DNA of 32,000 nucleotides from Chlamydiales bacterium (GTDB lineage Bacteria; Chlamydiota; Chlamydiia; Chlamydiales; JAAKFR01): NCBI GenBank assembly GCA_041395025.1, contig JAWLBH010000001.1, positions 600,001 to 632,000 of the forward strand, read 5' to 3'. Shown piece by piece: positions 27,301 to 32,000 of this stretch (position 1 is its first letter; each line of letters starts with the position of its first letter). The notes under the pieces were generated by a model. It saw only the letters and a program-made list of their open reading frames with translations, ran no database searches and was not told where the DNA came from. The position numbers and the translations under genes were made by a program.

Positions 27301-27504
27301 TGTTGTATTCAGAGGCAATAGATATACCTGATTAGCCATGCCTTGGTCAGTCTGTACAGTGGCAATATTAGGGTTAACCAGAATAATGTAATGACCCTCT
27401 TCTTTAAGAGCTTTGATCGCTTGAGAACCTGAGTAATCAAATTCCCCAGCTTGACCAATACGCAAACCTCCTGAACCCAGGACTATAATTCTTTTACTAG
27501 ACAT
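24331..27504 (-). CDS. carB: Carbamoyl-phosphate synthase large subunit
   Basis: The 1057-aa protein has IIVLGSGGLRIGQAGEFDYSGSQA and a second copy MIVLGSGPYAIGSSVEFDWC (duplicated ATP-grasp halves), plus a C-terminal MGS-like domain. Confidence 0.95.
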   Translation of the reverse strand: MSSKRIIVLGSGGLRIGQAGEFDYSGSQAIKALKEEGHYIILVNPNIATVQTDQGMANQVYLLPLNTTTVEKIIEKEKPNAILLSFGGQTALNLGLALDASGFLAQFGVEVLGTPVSTIRLTEDRKLFKESLDSIGVKTAASHIATTIEEAKLGAEKIGYPLMLRSGFSLGGLGSGKARNEAELVSLASEALSKAPQILIEEYLVGWKEIEYEVMRDRDSNTITVCNMENFDPMGIHTGESIVIAPSQTLNNQEYHMLREIAIKTVSHLGVIGECNIQYAVHPNRIDYRVIEVNARLSRSSALASKATGYPLAFVAAKLALGYRLYEIKNSVTKETSAFFEPALDYVVVKMPRWDTNKLRAERTIGSEMKSVGEVMAIGRSFPEALQKAIRMLNIGCCSLFDYPYSIPDPKQEIEIATDRRLYAIAEMMRQGMDADEIHALSHIDQWFLYQLMDLVKMEEEIRKTPIEKMIRRAKRFGFSDRAIALLKDEKEETIRFKRLSLGVKPVIKQIDTLAGEFDAKTNYLYLTYHGISNDVLPLTPSPMIVLGSGPYAIGSSVEFDWCAVNTIRTLRHHHVPTIMINSNPETVSTDYDESDRLYFEELTLERILDIADFESPEGIIVSVGGQIANNLALAIDAAGYRIMGSSSSSIDMAENRQKFSSLLNELSIDQPLWTEVSSIEKARCFAMDVGYPILVRPSYVLSGAAMNVIYNEDELEKYLEEATIVSRQHPVVLSQFILNAKELEIDGVAIRGEVIIEAVSEHIENAGVHSGDATLVLPPQKLYLETIRQTKSITRRIIQILNITGPFNIQFIAKDNAIKVIELNIRASRSFPFVSKVTGYNFIQIATEAILDVYLPRSYNTLDLNYVGIKTPQFSYHRLKGANPVAHVEMASTGEVACLGDNLIEAFFRSWEATEQMVKGKDILVSVNREQRAKFLNALKKLDSQGWKIHTTPGTHDFLSREGLATRCVFKISEGYHPNIFETITKHQVNLIINIPHHLPSSKNVTDGFQIRRLAIDYHIPLITNLQIALVFLQSLVDLEKLPEVKSWHEFLGGRL

Positions 27505-28538
27505 GCATAAAACCTATCAAAAAACCAACGAGTGTCAGTTGGCCCAGGAGATGCTTCTGGATGGAACTGAACTGTGTAAAAAGGAAGAAAAGCGTGACCA
27601 AATCCTTCCACTGATCCATCATTTAAATTTCGAAAAATGATTTTCCAATCTTTTGGCAATGTGTTTTCATTGATTGCAAAGCCATGATTTTGACTGGTAA
27701 CATAACATTTTCTTGTTTCAAGATTGATACAAGGCTGATTTTGACCCCGATGACCAAATGGGAGCTTATAAGTCTTCGCTCCTGCTGCGAGTGCAAGTAG
27801 TTGAGAACCTAAACAAACGCCAAAAATTGGTGTCTTTCTCTCCATCACTTTTTTAAGAATCGCAATCGTCTCAACACATTTAGCAGGATCACCTGGTCCG
27901 TTAGAAAGAAAGATGCCATCAAATGTCTCTTCTGAGTAATCATAATTGTAGGGAACTCGGATAATTTCAATAGGGAATTTTTGAAGATAAAAGATCATAC
28001 TATCTTTCATTCCACAATCTACTGCAATAACGCGCTTTTTCCCTTTTCCATAAAAAATTTTATTCGGAATAGAGACTTTAGCGACCATATTTTCTAAATT
28101 AGGATCTTTGAAAGTCACAGTTTTTTGTTGATCAGCCATGGCTCCTAAAAGGGTTCCTTCTACGCGCAAAACTTTGGCTAATTCTCGTGTATCCACTTCA
28201 CTAAGTAGAGGAATACTCTCTTTTTCAAGCCAATCTTGAAGAGATCTCAAACCTTGATGATGATTCCATTTGACACAGCTTTCACTAACAATAACGCCTG
28301 CGACATGAATCTTTTGAGATTCCCAATATTTCCGATCAGCCACTCCATAGTTTCCAATCAGTGGGTAGGTAAAGACAAGAATTTGTCCCGTAAAAGAAGG
28401 ATCGGTCAAATTTTCATAGTATCCACACATTCCAGTCGTAAAGACGACTTCTCCATGAAATATCTTTCCTTCTTGCCAATCTGGAGCTGTCCCTACAAAA
28501 ATTTTTCCATTTTGCAAAAGCAAATAGTGTTTTTTCAT
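27483..28538 (-). CDS. carA: Carbamoyl-phosphate synthase small (glutaminase) subunit
   Basis: GEVVFTTGMCGYYENLTDPSF, GATase GVCLGSQLLA and VQFHPE. I trimmed the start to MKKHYLLLQNG (28538). The track start at 28559 adds MVFFYLF and places the ATG inside a hairpin arm. Confidence 0.9.
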   Translation of the reverse strand: MKKHYLLLQNGKIFVGTAPDWQEGKIFHGEVVFTTGMCGYYENLTDPSFTGQILVFTYPLIGNYGVADRKYWESQKIHVAGVIVSESCVKWNHHQGLRSLQDWLEKESIPLLSEVDTRELAKVLRVEGTLLGAMADQQKTVTFKDPNLENMVAKVSIPNKIFYGKGKKRVIAVDCGMKDSMIFYLQKFPIEIIRVPYNYDYSEETFDGIFLSNGPGDPAKCVETIAILKKVMERKTPIFGVCLGSQLLALAAGAKTYKLPFGHRGQNQPCINLETRKCYVTSQNHGFAINENTLPKDWKIIFRNLNDGSVEGFGHAFLPFYTVQFHPEASPGPTDTRWFFDRFYACLVKEL

Positions 28539-28546
28539 AAATAAGT

Positions 28547-28576
28547 AAAAAAAAACCATCCTATTTAGGATGGTTT
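28547..28576 (-). terminator. Intrinsic-terminator-like hairpin + U9 tract immediately upstream of carA (hemH terminator and/or pyr leader attenuator)
   Basis: The minus strand reads AAACCATCC-TAAATA-GGATGGTTT followed by six more T (nine T in total), then ACTTATTT and the ATG. It lies 113 nt downstream of the hemH stop. The T-run follows the stem only on the minus strand. Confidence 0.6.
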
Positions 28577-28688
28577 GATTAAAGCCTAATTCTTTCGCTC
28601 AACAATGCGGTTTCATTACCAATAAGGCTATCTAGGAACTATCTTCTCGTCAAGAGATTTGTACTTTTAAGGATAGATAGTCATCAAA

Positions 28689-29681
28689 TTACCTTATTTT
28701 TGAATTTGATTGGTTGCGAATCAACATAGCATTCGAATTGGGAGTGAATGGATCTAAAATGTCAGTAATCGCTTCGATCCATTCAGGCTGACGATTTAAA
28801 GCTGGAAGCCGATAAGCTAAGAGACCCTGTTCTCGAATAATCGGTAAATACTGCTGTTCAATCTCAAAAAGAGTCTCAATATGATCTGATGTGAAGCTAA
28901 TAGGAACAAATAAAATATGGTGGCGTCCTTTGTGATACTTCTCAATTTGCTCACAAATATCTTGAGTATAAGGACGCAGCCACTCACCTGGACCAAATTT
29001 TGATTGGTATGCTAATAATCCTTCTCCTTTCTGAAATTTAGAAATTAAATTTTCAAAAGAAAGATTACATTCATAAGCATAGAGATCTCCTTGATCTATA
29101 AACTCTTTTGGAAGCCCATGAGCTGAAAAGAAAAAAAAGACCTCTTCCTCATTAAGATCATGAGCTTCTAAAAAGCTAATAATTAAATTTTGGATTGCCC
29201 TAATAAATGCTGGATGTGAAGGGTAAGACTTAACCCACTTAAGTTTATTAAGTGTTTTTACAGACAATTTACTTTGGAAAAGGCGAGCAATACTCCCAGT
29301 TGTTGCGTAGGTAAATTGCGGGAACATGGGGAAAACACGAATCTCTTTGGTTTGAAGAGTCTCAATAGCTTTTAAAGAATCTTCATGAGTTGAAGGCAGA
29401 TAGCGGTGGAAAGTAAGTACTGGAGCCTTTAATTTTTGACTTAATGCATCTGCAATATATTCAGTGTCTTCATAGATAGGAGATTTTCCTCCAATCAATT
29501 TGTAATCAGCTGTGATCCTTAATGCGCGTTTTTTGGCAATTTTTCTAAAGAGATAATTATTGATGAATCGGGGAAAATAGGTTCGCACCACATCTCGATC
29601 AGTCAAAAGAGCCGATAAGAATGGTTCAATTTCGGCTAATGAACGTGGTCCTCCAAAATTTACAATCAGATAGGCTGTCAT
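28689..29681 (-). CDS. hemH: Ferrochelatase
   Basis: AYLIVNFGGPRS, FFFSAHGLPKEF and VPISFTSDHIETLFEIE. Length is 330 aa. Confidence 0.88.
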   Translation of the reverse strand: MTAYLIVNFGGPRSLAEIEPFLSALLTDRDVVRTYFPRFINNYLFRKIAKKRALRITADYKLIGGKSPIYEDTEYIADALSQKLKAPVLTFHRYLPSTHEDSLKAIETLQTKEIRVFPMFPQFTYATTGSIARLFQSKLSVKTLNKLKWVKSYPSHPAFIRAIQNLIISFLEAHDLNEEEVFFFFSAHGLPKEFIDQGDLYAYECNLSFENLISKFQKGEGLLAYQSKFGPGEWLRPYTQDICEQIEKYHKGRHHILFVPISFTSDHIETLFEIEQQYLPIIREQGLLAYRLPALNRQPEWIEAITDILDPFTPNSNAMLIRNQSNSKIR

Positions 29682-29698
29682 GAAACAATTTTTAGTGT

Positions 29699-30448
29699 AT
29701 GATTGAAATTATGAAAAGAATTCTTATCTGTTTACTCTTTTTTTTCATTGGATGCACTCCTTCTACACCAAAGGTTCACTTCTGTTTGATTGGTCGGGAT
29801 ACTAATTGGGTCCCTTTAAATTTTGATCGAAAAACGATTCACATTAATGGATTTACAAATGCTCTTATTCAAGAGTTAAATTTACTTGAAAAGACAAATT
29901 TTCAAATTATAGATGTGAGCTGGGATCAACTTTTGCAAGGCCTAGAGAAAAAAAACTATACTGCTGTTTTAACCTCTCTTGACCCCAATGCAATCAGCAA
30001 AGAGATCTATACCTTTTCTGATCCTTTCCTATTAACTGGTCCGGTTCTTGTTACCCCAATCGATGGAGATATCCATTCTCTAGCTGATTTGGAAAATACT
30101 ACCGTAGGAGCTTATGCGTATGATAATTCTGTCTTAATTCTACAAAACTATCCCTCAATCTTAATTGAAACCTATCAATCAATACTAAATGCTCTCCAAG
30201 CAGTTAAAGAGGGAAGGTTAGCAGGGGCTCTGATCCCTCATCTTGAGGCACAATCTTTTCTTGGGACAATTTATGATCAAACGCTCAGAATTTCTACTCC
30301 GCCTCTGTCAGATCAGGGATTGCGTTTAATCACATTGAAAAACCAACACCCGAATTTAATAAAAAATTTTAATCATGGTTTGAAAAAGCTTCAAAAAAAT
30401 GGCAATTATTGTACATTACAAAGACGATTTCGTCTAACTGGAAAGTAA
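29699..30448 (+). CDS. Amino-acid ABC-type periplasmic substrate-binding lipoprotein (ArtJ-like), orphan
   Basis: Lipobox LLFFFIGC; the start is possibly MKRIL at 29711. Size and sequence pattern fit a family-3 solute-binding fold (DPFLLTGPVLV, GAYAYDNS). No permease or ATPase gene is adjacent. Confidence 0.65.
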   Translation: MIEIMKRILICLLFFFIGCTPSTPKVHFCLIGRDTNWVPLNFDRKTIHINGFTNALIQELNLLEKTNFQIIDVSWDQLLQGLEKKNYTAVLTSLDPNAISKEIYTFSDPFLLTGPVLVTPIDGDIHSLADLENTTVGAYAYDNSVLILQNYPSILIETYQSILNALQAVKEGRLAGALIPHLEAQSFLGTIYDQTLRISTPPLSDQGLRLITLKNQHPNLIKNFNHGLKKLQKNGNYCTLQRRFRLTGK

Positions 30449-30526
30449 ATTTTGATTGAAGAAATTGTTACGATATTCAAAGCTCGTGTCTTTCAAGGAA
30501 ACCGTATATTAATTTAAGGAGCACCA

Positions 30527-30778
30527 ATGAAAAAATATTTTGCGATTCTTTTAATTTTTTCCTCTGCTTGCATTTTTGCAAACACCCTCTCTAATTCTGA
30601 TGAAACTAAAGATAGGATTGAACATTTTTCTCAAAATGATGACGAAGAAGAAAGATCCATTCCATACTGTTTTGGAGAAGATGATGAAGATCCTACTAAT
30701 AAATACATAGAATTGAGACTCGCTTCAAATAGACTTGTTTTGCAGGAATCTGAAGATGATGAAAAAAAACAAGCTTGA
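30527..30778 (+). CDS. Small acidic secreted protein, hypothetical
   Basis: AAGGAG lies 5 nt upstream of the ATG. The signal peptide is MKKYFAILLIFSSACIFA. The mature part is rich in D/E (DDEEE, EDDEDP, ESEDDEKK). A strong hairpin lies downstream. Confidence 0.55.
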   Translation: MKKYFAILLIFSSACIFANTLSNSDETKDRIEHFSQNDDEEERSIPYCFGEDDEDPTNKYIELRLASNRLVLQESEDDEKKQA

Positions 30779-30827
30779 GGGTTCAATATATTTATCAATT
30801 TTTTCTCATAGTTAATTCTGATTAAAC

Positions 30828-30889
30828 TGGAAGATTTCTTCAAATCCTAAACATTGATCGATCAAAAGAAATCTTCCATTTATTTTTTC
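30828..30889 (+). terminator. Intrinsic terminator (13-bp perfect stem, T-rich tail)
   Basis: TGGAAGATTTCTT (30828-30840) pairs with AAGAAATCTTCCA (30866-30878). The 25-nt loop contains the palindrome TTGATCGATCAA (30854-30865). TTTATTTTTT follows. Confidence 0.6.
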
Positions 30890-31050
30890 ACTTATCTCAA
30901 TCAGTTCCTTTTTCTCCATATCTATTAAATTTAATGTTTGAATCCTTTGTTAATTAAGTTAAATCAGAAATGTTTGGATATTTTTTACAAAAAAAAGTCT
31001 GATCTATTAAAACCGTAGATTTAATAGTAAATAAAATTACTGGAGTATCG

Positions 31051-32000
31051 ATGGATAAATATGATCTCATTGTGATTGGAACGGGACCTGCTGGAGAAAA
31101 AGCGGCTGTAAAAGCCGCTTATTTCCATTATAAAGTTGCAATTATCGAAAAAGCCATCCGATATGGCGGAGCTGGAGTGAATACGGGCACCCTGCCTTCA
31201 AAAACTTTAAAAGAAACCTCGCTCTATCTATCTGGTAAGTATGATCAAGGATTATATGGAATTGACCGAAATATTGAAGAAGCGATGTCGATTAAGACTT
31301 TCATGTATAGGAAGAATTGGATTATTGAAACAGAATCAAATGCAGTGCGTAATAACCTAATACGCCATGGAGTGGATATTTATCATGGAGAGGCCTCTTT
31401 TCTTGATGCTAATACAATTAAAATCACAAAAGAAGAAGAGACGATCCTTTTAAAAGCCTCTTATATTATTATTGCAACTGGATCCTATCCTTTTCATCCC
31501 AAGACCATTCCTTTTGATGGAGTAAGGATTCATGATTCCGATATGATTCTTAACATCACACATTATCCTCTCTCTCTTGCTGTCTTGGGTGCTGGAGTGA
31601 TTGGATGTGAATATGCAACAATTTTTTCAACTTCTGGAACAAAAGTCTCTTTAATTAATAGAAATGAAAATATTCTTCCTTTCATTGATCAGCAAATTGT
31701 CAGAAATTTTATTGAATCAATGCAAAATGATCATATTGATCTACTTTTCAACCAATCAATTGCAAAAATTGAACCCCCTTCTAAACCTGAAGAGAAGGTA
31801 AAATTGATCTTTAAATCGGGTGGTGTTTTAAGTACAGATATGTTTCTATTTGCTGCAGGACGTAATGGAAATACAAAAGCTCTTCATCTCGATAGAATCG
31901 GAATTACGGTCACCTCAAGAGAAACAATTCCTATCAATGAAAATTATCAAACAGTAGTACCGAATATCTATGCAGTTGGAGATGTCATTGGTTTCCCTGC
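31051..32000 (+). CDS. sthA: Soluble pyridine nucleotide transhydrogenase (SthA/UdhA-like flavoprotein); 3' end cut by the window edge
   Basis: Not in the ORF track because it is open-ended. Manual translation gives MDKYDLIVIGTGPAGEKAA (FAD GxGxxG), then GGAGVNTGTLPSK with no CxxxxC redox disulfide, as in SthA. It continues HDSDMILN, VLGAGVIGCEYATIF and NIYAVGDVIGFP, collinear with E. coli SthA as I recall it. Confidence 0.8.
   Translation, partial: MDKYDLIVIGTGPAGEKAAVKAAYFHYKVAIIEKAIRYGGAGVNTGTLPSKTLKETSLYLSGKYDQGLYGIDRNIEEAMSIKTFMYRKNWIIETESNAVRNNLIRHGVDIYHGEASFLDANTIKITKEEETILLKASYIIIATGSYPFHPKTIPFDGVRIHDSDMILNITHYPLSLAVLGAGVIGCEYATIFSTSGTKVSLINRNENILPFIDQQIVRNFIESMQNDHIDLLFNQSIAKIEPPSKPEEKVKLIFKSGGVLSTDMFLFAAGRNGNTKALHLDRIGITVTSRETIPINENYQTVVPNIYAVGDVIGFP

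Noticed and set aside
24331-28544. Multiple + strand ORFs of 60-102 aa (25937, 26178, 26701, 26804, 27119, 28236) inside carB/carA
   Set aside because: All are antisense to strongly supported carB/carA coding sequence and show biased, low-complexity composition. They are typical shadow frames.
28539-28559. Seven-codon N-terminal extension of carA (MVFFYLF) used by the ORF track
   Set aside because: That ATG sits inside the 3' arm of the terminator-like hairpin, and the extension is just the translated T-run. CarA homology begins at MKKHYLLLQNG.
30631-30843. 70-aa minus-strand ORF rich in Ser
   Set aside because: It is antisense to the 83-aa gene, which has an SD and a signal peptide. Its poly-Ser is the reverse reading of the acidic GAA/GAT codons.
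1-32000. Search for CRISPR arrays, IS elements, integrases, phage genes, toxin-antitoxin pairs or recognisable defence-system genes
   Set aside because: I found no spaced direct-repeat arrays, no terminal inverted repeats flanking a transposase-like ORF, and no nuclease, methylase or abortive-infection motifs in any ORF. No such feature is claimed.

Overview
AT-rich bacterial window with about 26 protein-coding genes. I found no rRNA, tRNA, CRISPR array, transposase or integrase. The gene content suggests an environmental Chlamydiae-like intracellular bacterium: a SycD/LcrH-type type III secretion chaperone, several proteins with Inc-like bilobed hydrophobic hairpins, an NSS transporter, glgC and an orphan ArtJ-like binding lipoprotein. 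That taxonomic call is inference only. The window has two parts. (A) 1-13.7 kb is an accessory-looking region of exported or membrane proteins. It holds a truncated Inc-like protein, a single-module ClpB-D2-like AAA+ ATPase with a novel N-terminal region, and an orphan OmpR-type response regulator. It also holds a TPR lipoprotein and a probable 3-gene unit: T3SS class II chaperone, internally duplicated double-hairpin membrane protein, and hairpin+TPR protein. A 1276-aa TPR+vWA protein followed directly by rsmD completes it. (B) 13.7-32 kb is metabolic. Its core is a minus-strand de novo pyrimidine operon in exact pathway order (carA-carB-pyrB-pyrI-pyrC-[273-bp gap]-pyrD-pyrE-pyrF). Around it lie glgC plus a metallophosphoesterase, hemH, an orphan binding lipoprotein, a small acidic secreted protein and a truncated sthA. 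The best candidate for something undescribed is the chaperone-coupled duplicated double-hairpin protein module at 5903-9246. Secondary candidates are the D2-only Clp ATPase, a pyrE/pyrF pair that looks like a split eukaryote-type UMP synthase, an opposite-strand ORF filling the only gap in the pyr operon, and a terminator-like hairpin with a U9 tract 8 nt before the carA start. All homology statements come from reading motifs by eye and need database confirmation.
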